A stretch of 19,174 bases of DNA from Paraphysomonas bandaiensis (lineage: Eukaryota > Protista > Chrysophyceae): positions 1 through 19,174 of the forward strand of contig CBFFRP010000619.1 of NCBI GenBank assembly GCA_965644295.1, in the 5' to 3' direction. Below, in pieces: positions 1 to 12,000 of the stretch (position 1 is the first letter of the stretch; the number at the start of each line of letters is the position of its first letter). The translations under genes were made by a program, and so were the position numbers. The notes under the pieces are model-generated. The model made no database searches and was not told the origin of the DNA. It was given only the letters and a program-made list of their open reading frames with translations.

Positions 1-1707
1 TGAAACACATCTACATATATCTGAAAAACACATTGTCATGCTCAACTGCAAAGGGATTTATGTTACAATTCGTTGAAAATGAAATCCCCGATCTGAGCTA
101 CGCAGGAATTGGGGATGTAAATGTTTTGTAAATATTGATTCCAGCCTTCGAAGGAACAATTGGGACAGACATCGTTTATCCGGCTATTTTATGGGTTATC
201 GTGAGGATGGACCGGGTAACATAACCTTTGTCCCGGTACTAAGAGGTTTTGTATTATCAGGACACGTTTCCTTCAATGAATGTATTCCATCACCAGATAA
301 AAAATATTTACAGAAATTGACGAAAATATTCAAAGAAAACGAGACCTCCAGGACGATTGAGAGTTTCAAATACCTCATAGGACTCTTACATATTGGCCCG
401 GATGATGGCCTAACCTGCGTAACAACACAGATAAAAGTGAAAAAAGGACTAATTGCAGCGTACCGTGGACTAGGATAATAGCGGCAGTATTATTCAACTC
501 GACGACCTATACACGCTGCAGACGACGTCTAACGATATACCGAGGAATACACGGAATATAGAGCAGTTGCTCACAAACGTATCAATTCTCGATTCAAAAT
601 TGCATTGACGCGATCAATAAAACTTTTCCACTCTCCAAAAGAAAGGATACTAGAGATACCATCGGGAGCGTGAGCCATAAAAGGAAAGCTTAATTTTAAA
701 ATTAAAAGAAAGCGATATATATGATATAAAATTCAAAGCTCAACTGGTTGCTCAGGGATTCACCCAAATACCTGGCATCGATTACAATGAAACGTACATC
801 CCTGTAGCCAAGAAGGCGACATCACGACGGACCATCATCGCCCTTGCAACTATTGTGAATCTCAAACTCCACCAGAGATCGATTTTACCATCGCTTACAT
901 CAATGCCAACCTTGAGGAAGAAATCTACATATGTATCCCCCTCCATATATGAACATCCCCGATATCAAGGTACTCAGATTATTAAAAAGTATCTACGGAT
1001 CTAAACAAGCCGGTCTAAACTGGTATAAATGTTGTACTAATTTCATGTTAGACATGGGTATACTAGATTAGTATCTGACTCGTGCATATTTAAAAAACAT
1101 ATCGACGGCAGAATTATGCTAATTGCCATGTATGTCGATGACCACATTATCGCGTCGGAGTCAGATATCGACATCCAAGAATTCAAAAGCCTTATCAAAA
1201 AAAAGTTCTAAATCACGGAACTCGGACCCCTGGACTACTACTTAGGCATTTCCATCAATCAGGATTTCGACAAAAATACCACGACGTTCAGCCAGGAGCA
1301 ATATATGTTATCAAACTGCTGGATAAATTTAACATGTCTGACTGCGATTCCATGTCCACACCTATGTTGCTCTCATTTAACTATGATCTACATGAATTCA
1401 ACAATCTATCATACTCAAATCAAAGCTATGTTCAGAATTTCCCCTACAATGAACTCATTCGCTCTTTGATGCACTTAGGTGTGTGTACTCGACCAGAAAT
1501 TGCATTCGCTGTCAATACTTTTGACGATTCTCTGATTTGCCTAATCTAACTGCCTGTATTGCCAAATAAGGACTGACATATTCTGGATCCAACATAACAT
1601 TATCAGGATACTGTGATAGCGGCTGGATGCGATGCCACCTCAATCGACGGTCAACCACTGCATTCACATTCTTTATAGGTAATAGTCTAATATCATGGCA
1701 ATCTCGA
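1..1707 (+). mobile_element. Degenerate Ty1/copia LTR-retrotransposon pol remnant (post-integrase region, reverse transcriptase, start of RNase H)
   Basis: Copia motifs occur in the expected order across several frames with stops and frameshifts. They are GCKCFV...GYFMGY...SGHVSFNE (113-280), [28 protein letters not shown] (~729-812), [31 protein letters not shown], catalytic YVDD (1131-1142), YYLGI, SLMHLGVCTRPEIAFAV, and GYCDSGW...ISWQSR (ends ~1707). No LTR or intact RNase H is seen; the element probably continues left of the window. Confidence 0.93.
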
Positions 1708-3065
1708 TTATACAATTGTATATGTGAATTATAGTGTTCAATGAAATATATCACAAACTGAATTAATAATAGTATATGTTGAAGATTCAATAACGTTATT
1801 ATAACGATCGTCATTGTAAATTCTAAAAATCAGTATACCGAAAAGGACACGGCACTGTGCGCAGTGTTTCTGTGCATCACGTATGAACCATACAACTGTA
1901 TATATATGATACAGAAAAATACTGGCACATATAACGTCCACAACATGAGTAGTTGTCTGTAGTAATAATATATATCTTTGGTGTCAGAAAAGTAAACCGC
2001 TGTATATAGAGCAATCACAGCAGGAACTAGTGCTCAATGTAATGGTTATGTGGTGCACACAATATACCCAGCGTTACACACACATCATGACAACTGAATC
2101 AATGCTAATGTTAAGCAACAAAGGCTTACTATGAGGTTGCATGTCGAGTGAAAAGGGTCCTATATACGGGATCTCAGTTCAAAGCAGAGGAAGTCATCGA
2201 TCTTCGGATGATTGACGGAACCAATAATTGTTACATCTTCATCCATCGTCAACGATAATTTAAGAGGCCTTTAACCCTAGAAAATTTACTGTAGAGGAAC
2301 TCAGGTTGAAACCTCATTGCCGAACTGAAAAATTATAACTGATACGAAACCAGAGGGTTATTTAAAGCTTCTGTGGCACTAAATGCCTTCAGACACACCA
2401 AAAAACCTAACACAAAGTCATCATAACTTAGTGTAGTTTCTGTATACTGGAATACAGCTTTATCGAGTCTTTTGATTTGATCTTTTGGTGTCTTCTGTGT
2501 GGTTATACCCCTATGTAATAAACCAGCTTCCTTGGAATGTAAAGCGCTGAACAGATGAAAGTGTAAGCGACAACAACCAACACAGAGCGAGATCAAGCTG
2601 ATAAAAGAATGATGATCCAGTTGCGTGCCTCACAATCACACAGTAAGTAAATCCATACATCACAGAAGGAGTAGCCACATCCCATCGTTCCGTGCATCTC
2701 TTCATCATATACCACAACATACAACTAAATTATGACACTCGACTAATCATCATCAAGAGTTCGGAAATCATTGGATATTAATCGATTCCTGTATTGTATT
2801 GTAGTGGTTGTGCACACAACATAAGAATACCGTCTATACACCAAATACAGCAGCATTCAAGATTTCGGATTGACCAATCCAGAGAGTATATATATTTTTA
2901 GATCAATATCATTGGATGAAATTCTGTTCGCAAGGGAACACCAGCAGCAGCATATGACTTCCGACTTCCTACCTACAGTCTCAATGTTGAAGAACAAAAT
3001 ACATCCCACTTCAGCAAATCAAATACGATAGCTAGCATATAATTGGTTGTAACGTGGAAAAGATC

Positions 3066-4708
3066 ATGATGATGAAGAGTCTTCAACTTCGGGAGGGTAA
3101 GCCAATTTCAACTGCAGATGACTTTGAAGACAGTGTACATCGACAGCACAGCACTGTGTATGTATGTATATATAGAGCCACAAGGAACTCATAATGCCGA
3201 GGAGATATATATTTAAAGACGGAGCTCTGCATGAGCGACGAGAGCATACATCTGGTATGTTGTTGGAGAAGTACTACCAGTACGATGAGTCGAATCGTCT
3301 GGCTATAGTATCTAGCATAGATGAGGCGGAGCATGCGAGTATAGCGATAGAGAGGGACACAGGGATCAATATGGAATGCAGGCTTGCAGAGAGCGTTACA
3401 GCCGCTCGACGGACCATGAGATCACCCGAGTACTGCAGGGAGTTTGTCTCAGGGGTCCCTCATGAGCGGATGCATCTATTTGAAGAGATATGCCAGTACT
3501 TTGAGCAGTATAATATACCCATAGGGCTGCTCGATAAGCTGCTCGCTCTAAGAAACTACCACTTGAATTTTATCATTGGGGACAATGCGTCTATGACCGA
3601 TGACGTTGAGTAAGAGTTTCATGTATCACTTTGTACCAATGTGATGTCTTACGATAGGAATACTCTTGCCACTGGTCATCAGAGAGAGCACGGCGACAAT
3701 AGTTCAGGCTCCGAATCTGATGAAGAAGCTCCCATGTCCCGCTGGAGGGAGACGCAGAACAAGCTTCATATATTTGTAGACTTACTGGCTTTTATACCAG
3801 TGCGGAGCATATCTATCCGATTTATGCAGTGTCCTCGAGTGGCGACCCTTTCCCCCCGAGGGCGCCCTCCAAGTGAGTTTATGAGAGAAGCTCATTCGAC
3901 TATAGCGTCCGCTTTTAGAGCAGTAGAGCGAGAAGGAGGGCTTCTCAGCACTTCTTGCCCGGTATTAACTGCCCTACAAGAAAGTATAGGGCACACGCAA
4001 CACCTGCATGAGCCAACTGCCCACTATGTTCTAGCTGCAACACTTCCAACTGATGCCTCTCTAGAGAAACTACGATCTTTTGTTTGGGAGCGTAGTGACA
4101 GCTCCCACACACCGCTGACCTTCATATCGTGTGTTGGGGCACAAAGTTCGGGTTGCGATTGGATGAGAGATGTAGGCCGTAAAGCGCTTCTGGAAGAGGA
4201 CGAAGGAGATGTCGTACTAAAGGTGAACTAGTCGTAGGGGTATATTGCAATTTATGAGTTTCTTTTTGTAGATGCGCGGAGTTGATCCCCTAAGTTTTAC
4301 TAATGAAATTGCGTCCTATGAAGAAGAGAAGGAGCGCGTCTTAAGGTAGTCTGCTTCAGGCCCATATATATTTGAACTTATTGTATCTTGTAAAGATTCG
4401 AAGGTCCAACTTTTCCTTACACGAGGGGTTTTTGGCTTGTTAGTCATCTTGTTGCATCTCTTAACCCAGACGATATCAATGCCATGTATGAAGACCTTCC
4501 GTTCTCCAAGTACACACTTGATGAATTACTGGGTAGAATCCATACCACGAAGGAGTATGATATATACTTTTACAACAACCCTCGCAGCAAGTTCTATGTC
4601 GATCTTCACAAAAAATTTGCCGACAGCTCGAATTACTTACACGCCAGAGATATTGTTCCGTTGCTAGAAAGAGCACAACGTCGAGAGGATGGATGTACTG
4701 TTATGTGA
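3066..4708 (+). CDS. Intron-containing gene for an uncharacterised vWA-like protein, ~480 aa. Model exons: 3066-3157 (tentative), 3205-3609, 3658-4222, 4272-4345, 4396-4708
   Basis: ORFs 3194-3613, 3641-4231 and 4484-4708 join in frame through GT-AG introns of 48-50 nt. YHLNFIIGDNASM followed by SRWRE resembles the vWA beta1/MIDAS (IIDDSGSM...TRW) pattern. The C-terminal block FEGPTFPYTRGFWLVSHLVASLNPDDINAMYEDLPFSKYTLDELLGR looks conserved. The first exon needs a rare GAG acceptor, so the start is uncertain. Confidence 0.7.
3610..3657 (+). other. Spliceosomal intron, 48 nt, phase 2
   Basis: GA|GTAAGA...ACGATAG|G. Removal deletes the TAA at 3611 and joins DDVE to NTLATG in frame. Confidence 0.85.
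4223..4271 (+). other. Spliceosomal intron, 49 nt, phase 0 (alternative in-frame donor at 4172)
   Basis: AAG|GTGAAC...TCTTTTTGTAG|ATG, with a pyrimidine-rich acceptor. Removes the TAG at 4229-4231. Confidence 0.7.
4346..4395 (+). other. Spliceosomal intron, 50 nt, phase 2
   Basis: AG|GTAGTC...TTGTAAAG|A joins ERVLR to FEGPTFP, in frame with ORF 4484-4708. Confidence 0.8.
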
Positions 4709-5194
4709 CAGTTGAAGTATACAACAAATATTACGATACATACTATTGTATCATATAATCTAATTAATTTTTTTGGCGTCATACATATATTTCTATGAGT
4801 GGAAGGAATATATTATATACAGTATTCTTGTAGACAATTGTACTAATTTTCTATTCATATCGTACTTCTCAAATACACTTAAATCTTACTCGAAATAAAT
4901 CCAACCAATATATAGTACAAATCGAAAGGTATCAGCTAGAAATAACAAGCCAGTATCTATCGTTAATGATATATATATTTATTACTGATAGAAAACGTAT
5001 TCGTTGTGTTTAACACAAAGCACGATGGAATGATAATGTGTGAAACCACATGATATTCCATGCTGAGTGCAAAAGCAACAAGACGCCGAAAAGTCAAAAC
5101 ACATATTGATTGTAGAATGCTCTATTAGAGGTGTCATATGATGGAGAAATTTGTCAACACGAAAAAAATACCTCTGATACGAGCGTTCCATCGA

Positions 5195-6040
5195 TTATAA
5201 TACATTTCTCCACGAATCGATTGAATTTTTAACCAGTTTAGCAACCCCTGCAGTGTTTTTTCCAAATAACATGGTAAAGTGACTGCCTGCAGTTTTGTGT
5301 GTGCTGATAACGCCGGATGAAACTTCCTCCACATCTTCAACACTACAGTTATATGTCGATTGCGAAGCTCTAATATCAAGCACAGGACACGATAACAGGG
5401 GACGCTCACGCTTTTGGCGTTCATAAAACCTTCGCAAGAGTGATGTGCAGTAGGAAAAATGTGAGGCAACCGTTTTCTCAGTAGAAAGTTCCTCACTTTG
5501 CCCATGGAATTGGTTTATCCAAGACCTCACATCATCAGCAGTAGCATTTTCGTCTGCACTTTGCATATCATTCAGATTTGAAGAACCATTCCGTAGAGGA
5601 GCATCAAAAAGTACTATCCCCGCTATTTCCAAAGAACACGCGTCGTCCACATTGTAACGCGTGAGAGTGGGTGTGCTGGAGAGTTTTTCAGCCACAACTG
5701 TAGCCACGACCCCACCATACGACCATCCGCCTAGAACTACCTTTTTCACTGCACTATCGGGCGAATTTCTACCTGATAAAACACACCCGTATGCACTTGC
5801 AAATTTGACAACGAGAGGTAGGCATTTTTCGGCCACTGCATCAATACTGGATTCATTACGCTCAACATTCTTCAGAATCGCCCCGTCATCGAGACAGTAG
5901 ACGGGATACTTCCCATCTAGATGCTCGGACAAGTCAGAGTAACTGTGAATACACTTTAGAGCAATATGGTATTTTCCACTATCAAACTTACCAGAGTCCA
6001 GTTGCGCCTGCAGGATTAAAGAGAAGAAGAGGAACTTCGT
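5195..6040 (-). other. Terminal type I thioesterase domain
   Basis: Spliced sequence PLLLFNPAGATGLCYSDL...PVYCL; nucleophile motif LGGWSYGGVVA; Asp in LFDAP; His in AGSHFTML. Confidence 0.9.
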
Positions 6041-9000
6041 CAGAAGACCCTGCCTGCAGGCAAATGATCTCGTAACCATCACTTTCTATGACCTGCGCGC
6101 CATTTTGAGATGTCTTCGCGCTTCTAGCAGAGATGGTTGCTGCAATACCACATACAGTGGGCGCAGCGAATAGCTCCTGAACACTAATAGACTCTCCACT
6201 ATCACTCCGTATCCGGAATAACAACTGAATTGCCGAAACAGAATTCCCCCTAGGGCGAAAAACGAGTCACTTTGGCAGCATATTTGAGATTCTTCCATTT
6301 GCAACACAGCAGCAAACGATTCCACAATGGCAGCCTCTAATCTCGACGAAGGATCAACTTTTTTAGAATCAAGGATGGATGATGATAAAAATGCAGAGGA
6401 CACTGCATCTGGAAGAGGAAGTCGACTTCGTTCTACCTTTCCGTTGGCACTGAGTGGTATCTCATCTAATACAACAAAATGGCGTGGAATCATATAGTCA
6501 GTAAGTGTATCTTGACATAACTCTCGCAAATTCTGAAACACCTCATCATGACTAGCATCACTATAATCGCTGCTACCCTCTATATCTACAGATCCATTCA
6601 TGTCACTCAATACGAGATACGCACACAGGGCATTATGATGCACTGTCAACGCAGCCGATGATACTCGCTTGTCCTTCATCAGCACACGCTCGATCTCACC
6701 TAGCTCTATGCGGAACCCATTTACCTTGACCTGTGAATCCTCACGCCCCAATATCTCTATATTTCCACAGGGACGCACACGGCCCAAATCGCCAGTGCGA
6801 AACAGCGACTCACCAGTTCGCGGGTGCACAATGAACTGGTATCGAGTCCTCTCGGGGTTATTATAATATCCTTTTGCTACACCTGCCCCACCAATATAGA
6901 TACCACCAGTCACCCATGATTCACAGTTGTCCAGTTCCTCATTGAGAACATACATTGTTTGGTTGCGGAGTGGTCGACCATACGGTATGCTGGACCACCC
7001 CGGTGGTATTCCAGATCCCTCTTTACTCAGCTCAAACATATTCGACCATATTGCCGCTTCTGTCGCCCCGCCCATACTAATGATGCGAATATCGGGACAT
7101 GCAGACACGGCACGTATACGATTTGGAAGAGACAACGGAATCCAGTCTCCACTCATATATACCAGACGCAAGCTAGCAGGGAGCTGAGTATTTGAATACT
7201 CACAGTGTGTCACCATCAACTCCATGAAAGCTGGAACAGTGTCCCATATTGTAATCATCTCTGCTGTCAGAATCCCTATCCATTCTTCAGGATCTGGGGG
7301 GTGTATACAATTAGACGAAGGGAGCACGACCGTGCCGCCGGCGGAGAGCAAGCCGAATATATCATACACCGACAAATCGAAACTTAATGATGACAAGCCA
7401 AACACCCTATCTGACGATGTCACCGAAAATCGCTCATTCAAATCCGCAATAGTATTCACAGCTCCCTGGTGGTGGCAGCACACACCCTTCGGTACACCCG
7501 TAGAACCGGAGGTGTAAATTAGATACGCAAGGTCAGTTGGATCTACTCGTTTTCTACGACACAGAACTGAATCTACATCAGGTGTGTGGTGCTTCCCATG
7601 CCGAGTTATTACTGAGTTCACATCCATGACTGGAATGCTAATTTCGTTAAGCCACTGACAGGACGACAGTACACGAGACTGAGTCAAAACTGCTGCGCAC
7701 TTGCTAAGATCCAGAACCTGAGTAACACGATGCTCCGGCCACGAACGACTATCCATAGGAAGATAGACACATTGAGCCATATGCACACCCAGTACAGCTA
7801 CAACTTGTTCCCAACCCTTATCCATCAAAACTGCCACCACGCTTGACTCAATCAAAGAAGGCACTTTATTGAGCAATTCACTAGCTACTATCGTAGCATA
7901 TCGCTGCATATCAGAGTACATAACGACATCTCTCTCACCCAACTCATCGTAACTTACAACCGCAGGCATAATATCACAATTCGTCGCAGTCTTACATACA
8001 CGAATAAACCCTTCGTGCATGAGATCTTTGCTGAGAGGACATGGAGGTGAAACGGGCACAGGCGATGGAGGGGGAGCGATTGCTTCGGACACAGGGTTCT
8101 TCCACACCTGGGGGTCATCCGAGCAAACCAAATCAAGCATCGCAGAGTACGTCTTGTGCATCCCATGAACTACTTCATCTGGAAAAGTTCCCTCTACTAT
8201 ATCCATTGAAGCACATGCTGTACCGGCGGGGTCTGATTTAATTGCATTGACGCAGGCCGTATGAGGTACTCTTTCAGAGAAGAATCTCTCTTTGAACATC
8301 CAATTTCTTGACGACACTTGCTGATTTCCCTGTTCGACGCCAATCGGAGTTGTGAAAATGAATGGGGCTACCGCCTGAAACGTTTTACCCTGAACTCTAT
8401 TTAGCTCTTGCATAACCTCTACGCCACTCATGCATGCATGCTCTAGATTCTGAGAGAGTTCTTTGGCAACACGTTGGATGGCTACAAGAAAAGACAATGG
8501 TTCGTCTGTGCTCTTTCGGGTCATATCAATGTCACACAGTATGGTCGAACTACAGTTGCCAACAGTCTTATTCACATCGGGGTGCACCTGGTGTCTCAGA
8601 CACTGTAAAATATTTAGCAAAAACCTTTTTGTCCTTGACCAATGGGCAATAGTTAGCGAATAGACAGCAAGCAACATTGCAGGGATGGTTACTGAATGAG
8701 CGGCACAATTAGCTTTCGCGTTATTCCATTCATCCACTGACAGCCACCTGTGCCAATTACAAAACTTTCCAGAGTCAGACAATTGATTAGGTGCTATCAC
8801 TGAAGAAGGCAAATCAGGCCCCGAAGGGAGCGTAGACAATCTCCCAAGCCAAAATTCTTTTGCACGCATGTACTCTGTTGAGAGGGGTAAGGACTCCTCA
8901 ATGGCGTGGGAGTAATCAGCGAACATTAGCCTTGAAGGAGCTGGTAATTCCTTCATGATAGCTTTGCCGCTGTGAGCGCGCCCAGTTTTTCCGTCTACAC

Positions 9001-12000
9001 AAGACAGAGCTGCTCTGTATATGGTTGACAGTTCCTGGCGGAATATGAGATCTCCCATTGCGTCCATTAGGAATAATGAAACTGTGACGTGGATAACAGA
9101 CGTGGTGGGGCCAATATGCGTGACACGAAAATCAAAGAGCGGCCATTTGTACACATTCGGCCCATTGGCAGTCATGTCAGCTCTGGTTTCTAGAGCACTA
9201 GCCTCCGCAGCAGCAGCATCTCCAGTCCACGGTGCAACATGTGACACCTTATACTTTGGACAAAAATTAACCATCATCATTTGTCCACTTGGAAGCACAT
9301 AGGATCGGAAATGGGGATGCCTTCCCACGAAAAGGGTAACAGCTTCCTCGAGTGTATGCACATCAACAGGTCCAGGATCAGAGCCCCCATCCTCCGCACC
9401 CATAACCCATTCGAAATAAATCTGGGGCGCAATGCCTTTCTGGGAATAAGAAGATGTGTGTAGACCGACAAAGTGAGCCTTATTGATACCGATAAGTGGA
9501 TAAGCGTTGAGCATACTATGCTTTCCAGGTTTTATCTCAAAAATAGGTTTACCGCTTGACTTATCACTACTCGTCCCCAGAACAGTGGGACCAGATGACG
9601 CTGCCGACGTGGCAACACCAACAAGCGACTTGATAGTAGGATTGTTGAATATCTGAGGTACTGTGACAACGATTCCTCTCTTTCGAGCATGCGACACTAC
9701 TTGCATTGAACGTAAGGAGTCCCCACCAAGGGAAAAGAAATTAGAAACCGGAAGTATAGAGACAAAATCAATACCAAGAATTTCTGCCCATACATTGCGT
9801 AATGCTCTTGCCAATGGATTGCGGGAGAAATATGCTTCAGAATCGACGTCCGCAATACTATCGTCATAGCAAGACTCCGCATCAGTGATTGTCGGCAAAC
9901 GACTTCTCTCCACTTTTCCGTTTGAACTGAGGGGAAGTTCATCCAAACACATAAAATACCGCGGAATCATATAGTCGGTTAATGAATCCTTACACAGACC
10001 ACGAAGACTTACAATAATGTCGTCATGTGGGGCGGAATAATCATCACCATAATCATTTAATACGAGATACGCACACAGGGCATTATGATGCACTGTCAAC
10101 GCAGCCGATGATACTCGCTTGTCCTTCATCAGCACACGCTCGATCTCACCTAGCTCTATGCGGAACCCATTTACCTTGACCTGTGAATCCTCACGCCCCA
10201 ATATCTCTATATTTCCACAGGGACGCACACGGCCCAAATCGCCAGTGCGAAACAGCGACTCACCAGTTCGCGGGTGCACAATGAACTGGTATCGAGTCCT
10301 CTCGGGGTTATTATAATATCCTTTTGCTACACCTGCCCCACCAATATAGATACCACCAGTCACCCATGATTCACAGTTGTCCAGTTCCTCATTGAGAACA
10401 TACATTGTTTGGTTGCGGAGTGGTCGACCATACGGTATGCTGGACCACCCCGGTGGTATTCCAGATCCCTCTTTACTCAGCTCAAACATATTCGACCATA
10501 TTGCCGCTTCTGTCGCCCCGCCCATACTAATGATGCGAATATCGGGACATGCAGACACGGCACGTATACGATTTGGAAGAGACAACGGAATCCAGTCTCC
10601 ACTCATATATACCAGGCGCAAGCTAGCAGGGAGCTGAGTATTTGAATACTCACAGTGTGTCACCATCAACTCCATGAAAGCTGGAACAGTGTCCCATATT
10701 GTAATCATCTCTGCTGTCAGAATCCCTATCCATTCTTCAGGATCTGGGGGGTGTATACAATTAGACGAAGGGAGCACGACCGTGCCGCCGGCGGAGAGCA
10801 AGCCGAATATATCATACACCGACAAATCGAAACTTAATGATGACAAGCCAAACACCCTATCTGACGATGTCACCGAAAATCGCTCATTCAAATCCGCAAT
10901 AGTATTCACAGCTCCCTGGTGGTGGCAGCACACACCCTTCGGTACACCCGTAGAACCGGAGGTGTAAATTAGATACGCAAGGTCAGTTGGATCTACTCGT
11001 TTTCTACGACACAGAACTGAATCTACATCAGGTGTGTGGTGCTTCCCATGCCGAGTTATTACTGAGTTCACATCCATGACTGGAATGCTAATTTCGTTAA
11101 GCCACTGACAGGACGACAGTACACGAGACTGAGTCAAAACTGCTGCGCACTTGCTAAGATCCAGAACCTGAGTAACACGATGCTCCGGCCACGAACGACT
11201 ATCCATAGGAAGATAGACACATTGAGCCATATGCACACCCAGTACAGCTACAACTTGTTCCCAACCCTTATCCATCAAAACTGCCACCACGCTTGACTCA
11301 ATCAAAGAAGGCACTTTATTGAGCAATTCACTAGCTACTATCGTAGCATATCGCTGCATATCAGAGTACATAACGACATCTCTCTCACCCAACTCATCGT
11401 AACTTACAACCGCAGGCATAATATCACAATTCGTCGCAGTCTTACATACACGAATAAACCCTTCGTGCATGAGATCTTTGCTGAGAGGACATGGAGGTGA
11501 AACAGGCACAGGCGATGGAGGGGGAGCGATTGCTTCGGACACAGGGTTCTTCCACACCTGGGGGTCATCCGAGCAAACCAAATCAAGCATCGCAGAGTAC
11601 GTCTTGTGAATGCTCTCAATTACAGTTGTATCCAGTTTATCAGAAAAAGATAGCTTGCAGGTGAATTTATCCTGGGACGCATGAATGACATTGCAAACTA
11701 AGTAATTAGCAAATATTTCATCAGGATGGATGTCAATACGGTTGATAGAACAATATACTTCCTCAAGTACGAACTTTTTATTACTTTCGCTGTCCATGAT
11801 CATATGCCCACCAGGGACGGCGTGAACGTTGAATGCTCCAGCAGACACTTTTTTCCAATGCCATACAGCTTCTTCACCAATATCACTTCGTCCTACTAGG
11901 GTGGTGTCATCACATCCATAGAAAACAGTCACAGGACAATGCAACTGTTGTGCGCTGTCCGGATCCCACACATAAATGCTCTCTACCAGTAAATCAGCCC

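Noticed and set aside
2333-2720. Minus-strand ORFs with faint resemblance to a hAT transposase fragment (IKRLDKAVFQYTETTLSY)
   Set aside because: The match is too short and weak, with no catalytic motif, TIR or TSD seen; it needs an HMM search.
2890-3031. Possible small exon after TATTTTTAG (SISLDEILFAREHQQQHM...)
   Set aside because: No supported upstream donor or recognisable homology.
6240-6255. Programmed -1 ribosomal frameshift or micro-intron at the PCP2 break
   Set aside because: There is no canonical X XXY YYZ heptamer in frame and no GT-AG pair that would preserve the PCP motif.
6420-11470. Yersiniabactin/pyochelin (irp2, pchE) gene symbol
   Set aside because: Only the A and Cy families match. 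There is no aryl carrier or salicylate loading, the architecture differs, and the Cy motifs are altered.
6609-11608. The 1550-bp direct repeats as LTRs or a composite transposon
   Set aside because: Both copies are in-frame A-domain coding sequence, with no TG..CA ends or retroelement genes between them.
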